Source of the DNA: Zootoca vivipara
Taxonomy: Eukaryota
Length of the DNA stretch: 64,000 nucleotides
Assembly: GCF_963506605.1 (NCBI RefSeq)
Contig: NC_083277.1
Span: 48,608,001 to 48,672,000, forward strand
Direction: 5' to 3'
Shown here one piece after another: positions 51,073 through 64,000 of this stretch. The notes beneath the pieces were generated by a model. That model had not been told where the DNA came from, made no database searches, and saw nothing but the letters and a program-made list of their open reading frames with translations. The translations under genes and the position numbers were made by a program. Every line of letters starts with the position of its first letter. Position 1 is the first letter of the stretch.

Positions 51073-54000
51073 GCTTGACACAACACCATTTCTCTTAGTC
51101 CCATGCCTAATATTTAGGGAGCTTTAAAAACACCTTGTTTAGTGGATTGAGGTGTGGATGCTATGGTGAAAAATAAGAAACTTCTCCTGACACATAAGTA
51201 GACACAGATGTGAGCTTTTGGATTGTGCACCACATTGGCAAACATTATGGACTCACAAAAGCAACACAAGGCTTCTTGTTTATGTAAAAATGAATCTATT
51301 AACTTAGATAACTACATTATTTGTCTGTTCAGAAATTTAGGATGCTATGTAAAATACAACATGGCAGAAAACTCCTGGAATAGAAATGCAGTGCAGATTT
51401 CGCTACCAGCGCAGTTATATTATCTTGTATGGCACGTGCACAGTTGCCAAGGCAACCAGTATCCTTCAACCAACTCTATTATTATGGCTATTAGAGGCTT
51501 TTAGACTCTCTGGTGTCCAAGCCATCACTCTGAGCTGGTTTGTGCTAATAACCCTCAAATACAGATGCAAGTAGAAAAGCACAGAGGAGAGGGGAGAAAC
51601 ACTTTTGCAGATCGACACTCAGCATTATAAGCCAGTGGCGGCTTGGGAAATTAAATTCAATCAGCTAGAGGGAAGCAACTGTTATATAACTATCTTTATT
51701 AAGCCAGATAAGTGTAGTGACAGTTCACTGCAGACCTTGAGTTCCTGTGATGAATAACTGTCTGAGTGAATCTAATAGCAGAGCAGGGCTACAGTACTTA
51801 CTAATTATCTGGAAGAAAAAAATCTCATTGCACACCTATTGCAGTGAAAAATTAATTAGCCACTGCTGCAGCTATCAGATTGTATTTTCTGAGAAGTAAA
51901 TGATGAATATATTCATAAAAGAGACATCTAGGAAATGATAGATTCTACCTTTTTAATGTTATCTCTCAAATAGTGAAAGTGGATGTTGCCATTATTAAAT
52001 TAAAAATCATTACAATTCAATCTGTATTTGTCTGACACAAGCCATCCTTTTAACATTTGCGGAAAGCTTTCCCAGTCAGTAAGTGCCCATATCCTTCTGT
52101 TATATCTAAGCATTCACACATCAAAAAACTACAACAAACTCATTATGCACCATATGGATCAACAGAGAATTTCCTTTGGCCACCAACTAGGGAATTTCAA
52201 GCAGAAAATAAATAGTGCAATTTATTTTTTTAAAAGCACCCGTTGACAAATCATCCAGTGGTTTCTGAACTAGATTTATCCTTGCACTTGCAAGTGCACT
52301 CAGTGTTATGGGGAAGGCAGAATGATGGATGTTTTATAAGGAAAACAATTTTTGTACACTAAACAGGATTTAGGAACTAACAGCCCAGTCCTGGTGCTTT
52401 ATGGTACAATAAGAGCTTGCACAGCAGCTGCTGCCATTCTGAGCACCACCTTGTGCAGTTCAGCCTACTCAGTAAACCTTAGGATGAGGCTCAGAACTAA
52501 CAGCATCCCCCTGTCCTCTCTGATTTTTCCCAACCTTGAAGAAAGCCCCCCTGCACAGTGCTCCTTTACTGTGCAGGGGTCTGTGTGGCACTCCTATGCT
52601 GTGTAAGGTCCTGGTCCAGCTTGGAGTAGATTAATGGCTCACAATAAGTGTTGGTGGCCATGGCTGAACCCAATGTTGTAGTAACATTGGGTCCAAACAC
52701 CCATTTTAACCTTTTTTTTGAAAACAGGATTTTGGAATACTTTTCAAGGCCACCACCCTCAATCCATTATGGAATTCAATAAGGCTGACAACAACATGCC
52801 ATTGTGTGTGATTCCTTGCAAAATCTCTGCCTCTTCTCTTGGGGTGTGTGTGAGGTGGATAATGTCTTGGAGGAGCTAATTGCATTGTGAAATAACCATC
52901 TAGGATGTGGATTACTGAGATGGGAAGAGGTATGTTAGAATTTCCCCATACTCTGTTTTGGCAACAGCAAATCCAGCAGCAGTGCCCAATATTAAAAATG
53001 CCTGAGCCATTTCTTTGTGATAGCACTCTTGCTGGTATGCAGCTACTGCTAGACTCCATGGCATTCCCACCGTTATCCAGTGAAATGCTGTCACAGTATG
53101 GACAGAAAGAATCAAGTGAGAGGTGGGGTGGAACCAAAAAGTATTATATTATCCCTTGAACATTTAAAAATTGTCAGAAAATGTATAAAATTCAAAATGT
53201 CACATTTCAAATGTCTATTTCCAAAACATACCTAAGCTGTTACAGTTATGGGTACTCTGATATTTCAACTCCACTTTAACTGGATATCCATTTCCCTAGA
53301 AGTAAGCCTCACTGAACTCAACAGGTAGGACAAGGAGCCAAGCTGACCCAAGCTAGCTCTTGCTTTCACATGACGGCATTGGGTCCAACTGTTATACCAA
53401 TTCAATTACAGCATGACCAGCAAGACAGCTGATGTGGCCCCACTGCTGTTAAGAACCCCACTACCTAGTTGGGTTGTGGATTACATACTGGTTCAGGTTA
53501 GTTATTATAACTTAAGTCATTTCACTGGGTCTTCTTTAACTGTTACTAAGTCTGGATCCAACCCACTAGAATTTATGTGTATTGGATTATCCTATATGAT
53601 GCATACACATTTTCAAAACACCAGTGTTTTGCCCTTGAATACAGTAGGCCCTGCGTAGCCTCAAAAACAATGGAGATAAAATTCAGAGTGGCCATGCAAA
53701 GGCAGATTCATCAAAGAGTATCAGCTGTTGCAACTGCTATGAATGGGTTACAAACTCATCTTCAGGGCTGCTTCATCTGATACAGCTGCTATATAAAGGC
53801 AGCAGTTCAAACAACATGGCGTGAACTTCCTCGACTTGTTCTAATTCTCTGCAACCACCCTCAATTTCTGGTACCTCTCTCTAGTCCCCTTACTCATTTT
53901 GTCTCAATTTTGCCTTTTGGGGGAGATTTTGGGGATGCCTTTTTAAAAATGTCATTGGTGTGCAGTAAGAGTTCCTCAGGTTTCAGCCCTGCTTTGCCAC

Positions 54001-54793
54001 ATATCTAGAGAAATTACATCTGGGGAGAGGGTGAAAGGAATATGCAAGAGAATGAAGTGGAAAGATGGACAGTACTGTTTCAGAGGGCGGGGGAGGGGGG
54101 GGGAATTACCTTTTAAAAAAAATGAAAATAAAGAACCAAAGGGTGGGATTCACCTAATGATTCCTGTCAGCACAAGCACTCTGTGAAGGCTTCCACTTGC
54201 GCAACCAATGGGCTCTGTGGGAGGTTGGAAGAACCCTAGGAGAAGATGGATTGTTTTCCCTGGCAAAGTGCAATGTGTGATGCTGAATTCGACCCCAAAA
54301 CTTCTCGTAAGCAGAAACTAGAATAGCAGGCAGAGAGTTGGGCTCTGTAGGCTTTCTTGCTGGTATGCTTGTTCTTTTCTCGCAGCAAATGTTTATGTAG
54401 GGAAGGGCATTTGAAAATTCTACATTCCAACTACTTCCTGGAGTAACATAGTGATTTAGAATTTTGTCATCTCATTCTTACGTGTGTAGAGCAGCCTAAA
54501 AGTATGTGAACTGCCATTCTGTTGTTATCCTTCTAATGGCTACTCTGATAGTAAAGGGAAAGTGTTATAAGCATATTGGTAAAATACCTCCTTCAGGAGC
54601 TGTACTAAATACAGTATATAGTTGATGGGAAAGAGCCTTCAGTATGGAGGAGAGGGCTGCCATAAGCAGTGATCCCTGGTGTGAGAATGGGACAGTGGGT
54701 CATATCAGTGTCCATTCTTTCATCCATGAAATGCTGAATATCATAGCACTCTTAACCACAACTGACCAAATGGCATGCATTTTAAGCACCAAG

Positions 54794-54941
54794 CAGGGCA
54801 GTCTCGAGCAGGTCGGGCGCCCTGGCGCTGAGGTACGAAGATTGCTCCAGCGCCCCCGCCCTCGCAGTGCGCAGTGCCCCACCTGCCAGCCCGGCGCCCT
54901 GGCACCCCACGCCACCGGGGCTATACCTAGAGCCGGCCCTG
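54794..54941 (+). mobile_element. GC-rich hAT MITE, second subfamily (CAGGGCAGTCTCGAG)
   Basis: Perfect TSD GCACCAAG; 5' part matches the reverse complement of 24985-25065. Confidence 0.88.
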
Positions 54942-56129
54942 GCACCAAGTGGATCAAGTGGAGGTTGTTTTCTGAAAATGTGGATCTTACTTCTTATCTC
55001 ACATGAACTTAAGTGTACTGAGTTATTTAAAAATAGAAGCAGTAAATCACTTCAGATTTTGACCCTGTTTTTCAACATTGTATCTTGCCAAGCTTCTCTC
55101 TCTGTTTAAATCAATGTATCAAGAACTGGGCCTCATGAACATTCGGATACACATGCTTGATCTTTATGTGAAAGAACAGAGAAAAAGAGAGAATGTGAAA
55201 GGGAAAATCCAGTTGCCCTACACAAGGGAAGGCTTTGAGCCTCTCTTTTTTTGTCCCTGTTCCCAGTTGAGGCTGAGAATCCCACTAAGGATCTTGAAGA
55301 AATGGCAGCACCTCCACTTCCTTTGTCTGCCAAACCAATCAGATTAAGTGGGCATCTGAACAAAGGAGAATTAATTTGTATTCCTAGAAAGAACACAGAG
55401 GAAAGAACATCCTAGATTGTGAAGCACCTTTTAGGGGGGGGGGGATAGCATCTGGTTCAAATCCAGTTCCTTCTCAGTAGTGTGATCTTTGTAACGTTGA
55501 ACCATTTGAAAAGGACCCTTGCAGACAAAGAGGGAATGTTTTTACTATTTACATTTCTTTTTGAATATATAACTCTTTGTCGTTCATTTTGATGATGATT
55601 TTAATTTACCACAGTGTCAGGGTGTACTATGGGAACCCTCCACTGTGCATTATGAACAGAACACAGGAAAATGCCGATACGCATTTATGACAATGGGAAA
55701 ACAACAATTATTCATTTGTGAGCAACTGGAAAGGAGGAATGCACAATATTATAAAAAATGCATACTTGCCCATTGCTCTTCCAGTATCTCAAACCATTTA
55801 TATAATTTAAAGTTCATTTGGTACTAGCCTCTTCAACAAAACAAACCTCATGATCATTTCAACATATTGAAGTAATAAGTATATTTTTTATAATATTTAC
55901 ATAATACATGGATAAATGGTTGTTGTGTTTTATCCACTTCTTCTCCACCCAACACTGTAACAATATTATCTATTTAATAGTTACTTTCTACCTAAAAGTC
56001 TCCAAGCAATTTACATGTAAAAACATAGACATAAATATATTATACCATATACAACATATAAAAAGCACACATCATCCCCATAACAGCAATAGGAAACTTC
56101 CACAACACACTAACAATGATACAAATGCC

Positions 56130-56640
56130 ACTCTTGTCTTTCAAAAGCCTGGGAAGGTAGTAGGCAGCCCAAGCTGTACAGAGCATTTCACAGACAGGAC
56201 CACAACGGAAAAGACCCTCTCCCATGTCATCACCCTCCAAGCCTCATTCAGCGAAGCAGAGTCTAAGGATCTGTGTAGATTCATACTGGAAGAAGCATCC
56301 AATAAGATATTGGGGTCCTGAGCTATCAAGACCAGCACTTTGAATTGGGCTCAGAAGAACAGGGGCAGCCTGTGTAACTGGAACAGAATTGGTGATCTAT
56401 TTGCATCAAACCTGTCAAAAGCTGGGCAGCTGCTTTCCGCATTAGTTCCCAACCTGTTTTCAAAGGCAGCTGGGTAAAGTGCATTGCCATAGTTCAGTAT
56501 TGAGGTTTCCAGAGCATATATTAGAGTAGCCAAGTTATCCCAGTCCAGATAGGGTTGTAGTTGGGCCACCAACTGCTGGAAAGCACTCTGTACTATTGAT
56601 TCCATCTCTGCCTCATGTGACAGTAGTGGATCCGGAAGAA
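56130..56640 (-). mobile_element. Degraded L2-clade fragment
   Basis: QLQPYLDWDNLATLIYALETSILNYGNALY resembles L2 ORF2. Confidence 0.6.
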
Positions 56641-57392
56641 TATGGTGTCACTCAAAAATATCTCAAAATGACTCAAAGAACTCAGGAGAAGCAGAAATGT
56701 TAAAGGGTGTCCCTTTGCTATAAACCCATCAAAATACTAATTCAAGCATGTTCCGAGTAACTAACATTTTATTCTCAGCCTCACTTGATGGGCAAGGAAA
56801 CATGATAAAGTAAACTGATGGCAAAACAGCATTCAATCAAATGGAGACTATTCTGGTAATAAAAACAACAATATCTACTCATTACATGCTTGTTTGCAAG
56901 TTGTGTTGAAAGAAAATGTAGTTAGTGTAATATAATTGAAAAGATGATGGACTAGCAAGGAAGTCACTGCATATGTTGTGACTGCTTAAAAATTTGAAAA
57001 GACTACGAAGAAGATATAAGCATTGCCAGAGCAAAAACATACTGGCCACTTTAAAGGGAACCCCCCCTCTTTTCCTCTTTAAAATATTCTATTACATATA
57101 AATGAACATATTATGAAATGCTTTTATACATTTATCTTTTTATTATAAAAATTAAATATAAAGAGAGTAGAGTTACAAATGGCATGTTTGAATTTCTGTA
57201 AGAATGAATTTCAAGTCCATTTGAGTTTTACTTTTTCTATTTTTTAGTTTTTCTATTTTTACAGCTGTAGAGATAATGAAAATACATTAAGAAAACTTAC
57301 TTTAGACTGAAATTATGAAACTGTTAGTGAAAGTAAAATTCAGCTGCAAAGGTGAACAATGCATTTGTCAATAAAAGCGACAAAGATATATA

Positions 57393-57620
57393 ATAAAAAA
57401 ATTCCTTTAGTAGCACCTTAAAGACCAACTAAGTTTATATTTTGGTATGAGCTTTCGTGTGCATGCACACTTCTTCAGATACACTTCTGACACTTCTGAA
57501 GTGTGCATGCACACGAAAGCTCATACCAAAATATAAACTTAGTTGGTCTTTAAGGTGCTACTGAAGGAATTTTTTTTATTTTGCTTTGACTCAGACCAAC
57601 ACGGCTACCTACCTGCAACT
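57393..57620. mobile_element. Mini Penelope-derived insertion made of two inverted pseudo-LTR ends
   Basis: Matches 26583-26720 and 27885-27970; ~80-bp inverted arms; 11-bp direct flank AAAGATATATA. Confidence 0.88.
57445..57482 (-). ncRNA. Minimal hammerhead ribozyme motif with intact core
   Basis: Reverse complement reads GTATCTGAAGAAGTGTGCATGCACACGAAAGCTCATAC, identical to 27879-27916. Confidence 0.75.
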
Positions 57621-60600
57621 AAAGATATATAGTGTTTCATGTTCATTCTACATATGAATAGAGGCCTTCTCAGCATCTTAAATTGTTAAGGAAAACAAAA
57701 ATATTTCTCTCAACAGATACTGCCAGTAGAGTAGTCTGAGGAAATAATGCACCATATCTGTTCTCAACAGCCACAGTTATTCTATTTCATATATATTTCT
57801 TAATAATAATACATCATTAGTGTTGGTACATATTGAACACCAGCATTTCACTTCATATCAAAAGCTGGTAATTAAAATTAAAAAGTATCAAGAGGAAAGA
57901 CTGTACCTTAATAAAGAAAAATGTTATTTTACAATATTCAACTGATTTCAGTGGGAAGGACATTAAAGTACGCGTACTTCAGTTTTTTACTCCAAAGTAA
58001 TACAATTAAGTTCAATAGAACATGCTTCCCATGAAGAGATTATAAGATTGTAGTATAATTAAGCATGTAGCATAAAAATGAATGACTATAGTTTACCCTT
58101 AGATTTAGTATTTCCAAAATACCCTCAACCTGATGCCATTACTCCCCATAGTAGCTTCTGACAGCTCTTGATCCCCATGGTTTGTTGCAGTATATAGACC
58201 CCCACAGTCCACTTATAAATATATTTGCATTCATGTTAAATTACTGGCCCATAAAAGTAAGTATTAAAACTCCATTAACTTTAATTAACCTTATGATTGA
58301 CATACATATATTAAAAAAGAAATTATCATGACATTAGTAAATAGTATGGAGCTGAAATTTACTATACTAATTCAAGGCATTCCTGGCTCTTGATACAACT
58401 TTACTCATGTAGCCATTGTATAGTTTTGCTTCTGATTTCCAATGAAATAAATGCATATTTGATTTATCAAGACATTAAAAACACCTAACACTTTGAAACT
58501 GCAAGTTTTCATTTAAATTCAATCAACAGAAAAGCAATAGATAGCTTGGACTTTTTTACCCGATGCAATGAATTCTGATATAATAAGCATTTCCCTAGAT
58601 GTTAGGTGACTTTTTAACTTATTTTAGTTGTATTTAGACATTCAGCCTACTCAACTAGCCTGAAATCAGATTCGTTCTATCCCTTGCTTTCGTAATTATA
58701 TGGCAGAAGCATACATTTAAGACAGTTAGGACATATTTTCCCCAGTATCTACTGATACAGGTTGTATTCTTTTGGCTAAAAAAGTTGTAGCAAGTTTTGC
58801 ATGTATGCCTTGCTTAGAATATTGAAAGGTTTATATAATATAATAGCAGTGTGTCTTGTCTCCCATCATTAGATCACTACAGTGCCACAAGATATTATTA
58901 CCTCATCTTTTGGCTTCTTAAATCATGGCTACAACTGACCTTGTCTTTCCAAAATGAATTCTGTCACAATAATGATTTTTTCATTGTCATCCTTCAAGCA
59001 GTCATTGCCAGGTCAAGAAGCCACAACCGAATTAATGCTCATTAATCAGACTCAGAATTACGGTACTCTCACCATACCAGGGATTCTAAAATTCAACCAG
59101 ATATGCCTATGTCACTGAGGAATAACTAACTATAGCAATATCATTGGTGCTTGCCTAAAATTAACCAAAAGGCCCAGAACTCAAATTCACATTTTGCCTT
59201 GAACTTGCATTTTCATAATGCATTATGCAGACAAGAGCCAGAAAAAATATACCATGTATTAAATTCAATAACTGAACAACAACAACAACAACAAAAATCT
59301 TCCATGAAGAATTATGCTTTAGAGTATATATGATGGCATACAAAAGTTAGCTCCAGAGGGGCTTTAATATTACTATATTAAGAATTTACTATGTGCAGTT
59401 TGTCAGTGTTTACATGTATAGGGTCAAGCATGTATCACTATTACCCATTGCTTTTTAAGCGAGCCTGTCAAATTCTCTTAGATTATAACAATTACAGATT
59501 GAGGAACCTACTAACATTACAAGAGACAACACTCTCAGTTCAGCTGACTATCTCTTCTGTAAATCTCCACAGGGTTCAAATTATTGGCTTCAATTAAAAT
59601 GTTGCGTCAATAAACCATGCCATTTATCTGATTTAAAGAATGCAAAATATTGACCTTAACCTTGATCTTATTGGATGTGAACACCAATCCTCCTTTCTGC
59701 AAATGGTGCTTGCACCAATTTTATGCCATCTGAGTTTTCTGTCTCTAATCATCTTGAATGAATCAAATAAAATCTAAAAAGTCTTACCAATTCACCATAC
59801 AAAAATATTCACAAGCTTTAATGATCACACCTTCAAACCATTTTAATCCTCTAATGTTCATAACTGAATAATTATCATTACTCAAAAATAGCCTCAAAAA
59901 TGTATTTTGCTTTCCCATCATTTTAAAGGATTCATCCAAATAAACAAGGTCTGCTGAGACATAAAATGATTTAAATGCAGATCTATTTTAAAATAGTCAT
60001 CTATTGGAAGACGTATCACAAAAAATACTATGAAGCTATAGGCGTATCATTCCTTTCTGAGATACAATGACCTTTTGGTACCAATTCGACTCAAAGGAAA
60101 ATGTCGTACAAAAATAGGTTCATATTTCAGAATTGCTTTGTGCAATGCGTAGTGCTTTGAATCTGGGTGCTAGGTTGTCATCCTGTTTCAGTGTAAATGC
60201 ATAGCCCGCTTCAACACAAGTCCCAGTGAAGTGAACTGAGGTGATGTTGCAGAGAGCATCAAAAGCAGAGCCTAAGAACATGTCTGTGCTAGTTGTTTAT
60301 AGTGTGTCAGTTCCAATTTAAGATGTCTTTAACTTGCATCTAATCTGCTATCTTTGTGCATACAACATCAAATAATCATTGGAGACGTCATGTGTTTCAA
60401 TGATCTCTGCTAAAAATGACCGTACTGAAAAGAGGCCTATGTGTATTACTTTAGTAAAAACCTATTTATTGGTCACTGTGACCATTGCCTGTGGGAGGAG
60501 TCTATAGCACACCCTATTCTCTCTCTCATAAACCCCTCCTTCTCATATACCCTCCTTGAGTTCAAAAGGTAATGTTTACATTACAACCATTGTCTACTTA

Positions 60601-63600
60601 TTATGCTTATTTTGGTAAATGAACCCCTGATAATCTTCTCTTTTGCTGTATAATAAAGTATGTTTCATAAAGTATGAAAATTTAAATTAAAAAGGAAAGT
60701 CCAAATGGAGAATTGCAAAAGCCAAATCAGTCCCAGGCATTTCATAGACAGGCCAGAATAGAGTCCACCAGCACAATATAATTTTCTAATGAGCCTTTAA
60801 ATTTTCTCTCTTATGTACTTTGAGTCTCCTTCCGTTTTCTTTCCATTCCAGAATAATCCCACATTTGCTGATACTGTTTCAATATGGAAAGATCAGATCA
60901 ACAGCTACCATGTACTGTAAGCTCTGCAAATTAATACTGTATCCATAAAATACGGCCCATTTTCATTCTCCCATAATATAACACCTAAAATGTTATCATC
61001 ACCTAGCACTAGTTTTTACTGAAACCTACGTCCAAGTAAGCAAAATGGGTTAAGGCCACAGCCTAAAATATTAACAGCATTATTTTTGAAATTATAGATG
61101 TCATAACAGACAACTGATGTAACATCTCTCGTAATTTTATATTATTTATAATTGTAATTGGATGTTAATTCAGCTCACCATTCAACATTTTTGAAGACAA
61201 TATATCATTTTTTAAAACTAATTTAGCTTTGTCAATAAGAAAACCAGTCATCTCCTGATGTACTAATAGCCTAGGTGCGCTAACAAGATCAAGAGTGAAT
61301 TGCTTACCATTTGTAAAAACTACCAGTTTAAAATAATTTATTGAAAAATAGCTTCAAAATGTAACGAGAATGCCCAATGCATTCATACCTCTTTCAATTA
61401 AAGCTTAAAATTCATTCTCTGAAAGCCATATCTACGCACGCACGCACACGCACACACATAGAGGGACGATCATGCAGTTTTCTGTCCGTTTAGATCTCAT
61501 TGTGTCTTTTTTTCTTAAATGTATGAATGTACACATTTATTTACATATTAGGTTGACTTTTGTACTTGAAATTTAGCACTACAGGACAGGCAGTCCCTGC
61601 AAGGAATGAGTAATTTTAAGGGGATGGGGCATATACTTCAGAACCCATCATTGTCCTATTTTGATGATCAATCAAGTGGAAGAATGTGATGACATCATCT
61701 GCTTTAAGATTAGTAATTCATTGCCTCTAGCTATCAGAAGCCACCCAATAATAATAAAAGAAAGCCAGGGGAAAAGGTTCTGTTCTTATTAACTTTATGG
61801 TAAAGATTTCTTTCAGGTCTTTTGTCTTTTTCCGGTCTTTGAAGACATACCATGGTCTTATTCAAAAATTTCAATGAATATCTTATTGAAGTTTATTATG
61901 CAATTGCAGATATTTGTTTTGTATGTCATTTCAATCCAAAGGCAAGTTACTTTGCTATCTATGATAAAAACAGCAATAGATTTATTTGCTGAAAACTAAT
62001 CTTCTAAACTGTTTTGGTTGTAATGCCATCAACAGTAACCTATGCTTCAATCCAGAAGTCAGTATTATTTAAGCACCAATCTGTGCTCAGGATCATATTT
62101 TCACTTACATATGAGCTCTGTACTGGAAATAAGCCTTATAAAATTAATGAGCTATTAGCACGATCAATCTACAGTTAAGCAGTTTTAAGATCCATTAATT
62201 AAAAGTATGCCTTCCTAAATCTCTGCCAGTGAAATAAGTGGAATTCAAAAGTGCTCAACTCTGGCTAGATCAATATTGGTCTCTAGACAGCTATATACTC
62301 TCATATAAAATGATCCCAAACCATATTGCAATTGACTCTTGCAACAGCAAAATTAAAAGATCTATTTCCCTAAAGAAAATAGATCTGTGCATGGAAAAGA
62401 AGTTTGTCATATTGTATCTGGTAGCTATTTCTGGACATAAATTGCATAGATGGTATGCCTGCAATCTATTCCTGACCTGGTTTCCTTTAAAGTTTGCTTG
62501 AATCTTATGAGGATGTTTAAATAAATTCCACTGCAGCAGAGCAAATATGTAAAGTGAACAGAAATTATAGCTTCTTAACTACAATATGAACTGGTTTATA
62601 AATGCGTTATATATTTATTTTATCATTCAGAATTCTAATTCTGCATCAAACTTCAACCATGTTGGTTTGAAACATCTCAATTCTTTGAACAAGTTATTTT
62701 TAAATTTCACATCATCCTATTTAAGCCTTCATTGGTGAAGATGGCATGGCCTGCTTAAATAAAAAAATTTCAGAAAAAAATGGAATAAAGGTCTCTGTAC
62801 TCCCTATAACATTTGTTATGTTGGTAATATATGTGATGTTTCACCTATTGGCAATACAATCCTATACATGTCTACTGAGAAGCAAGTTCCACTGTCCTTT
62901 CACTGTAGAAATTGAAATTAGTTGCTTATTTCAATTAGACATTACATAAAAGCAAAGGTTGTTAATGTAAGTTCTAAATTTTTATTCAATTCTATTTGAA
63001 ATTTCCATTTGTTTTGGAAGACTGGCAACATCAATGGGAAAAAAGAATGAATATATTCCACTGAATGAAAGAAAGACACATCACTCCATTTACAAATGCA
63101 ATGTACCAACCATTATTGTTTCACTGATAATTTCTGAATCAACACATAAAACGTTTTAACATTCCTGACATTCCATTTAAGAAAAATATTAATGTCACTG
63201 GTAATTACATTTTCATTGACTTCTTATCTCATTCTTCTGTCCCAAATTCAAACAGAAAATAATGTGGAGCTGTGAATCATTGCCAGATGTTTATAATGAT
63301 TTATTGACTAGGTTCATTAAAATGCATTTATCAACTCATTCAAATATAAATTTAATGGTTCCAGTTGATGCTGCCATTTTATTAATGTTGCTTTTATCTG
63401 CCCAGACTGGCTACTTCAACAGAACAGAAAGGTTTCAAGCTAAATGTTTTTTAAAAATGCTTTATTTAGTTGCAATGCATTGCAATTCTTTGCATGTTTA
63501 CTCACTGAATTTAATTAGATGGGTAGCCCCAACTAAGCATGGGACTATTGAATAAATGCAGCCTATACGAAAAGGGGGAAATGCAGTACATCAGTTTCAC

Positions 63601-64000
63601 TGAGGAGCTTGTATGTTTATGTCCAGAGAGTTCTGCAATTCAATAATCTACAGGTAAATTTAGGTTAGGCTGGAGTTCAGTACCTTAAAGAACTCTGCCT
63701 CTAGGGATAAGTTGGGAACAAGAATGACTCTGCTGACATTAGGTAAATGCCTGTTCAGTGACCTTCATTACCAAAGCTCTTGGCTTTCAGGAGCATCTCA
63801 AGCATTCTGTGTCACTGTGCAGAAGGCAACATGACAGGGTGCAAATGAGAAGCAAACACAAAGTGGCCAACAATCACACAGAGAAAAGGCAAATCTTTGG
63901 GCACAGCTGGCAACACAATATTGTCTCAGTGTGTGTCTGATAATTTTTTATACTAGGGCAAGCACAAGAATAAAATAGTTTTGCATGCTAAGAAAACCAA

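Noticed and set aside
52706-53159. 143-aa and overlapping ORFs
   Set aside because: No recognisable domain, no SLC6 similarity and no convincing splice context.

Overview
Vertebrate genomic DNA from a squamate reptile. The Sauria SINE, BovB and MITE content suggests a lacertid lizard, which is inference. The only host protein-coding gene is SLC6A1 (GABA transporter GAT-1) on the minus strand: its first nine coding exons (ATG at 13669 down to 1997; 1191 nt = 397 codons) have canonical GT-AG boundaries, and the gene continues beyond position 1. The rest is intronic or upstream DNA rich in transposons: RTE-BovB, L2 and CR1 LINE fragments, Sauria SINEs, a solo LTR, several hAT and Tigger-like MITE families, and two Penelope-like insertions carrying minimal hammerhead ribozyme motifs. 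There is a 140-N assembly gap at 31356-31495. The most notable observations are: (i) a 496-bp segment copied from 7 kb away, flanked by an 88-bp direct repeat with junction microhomologies; (ii) hammerhead motifs in inverted pseudo-LTRs; (iii) a CpG-rich MITE inserted in frame into a GIY-YIG endonuclease ORF; (iv) a candidate non-canonical REST site in the SLC6A1 leader. I found no convincing new protein-coding system.
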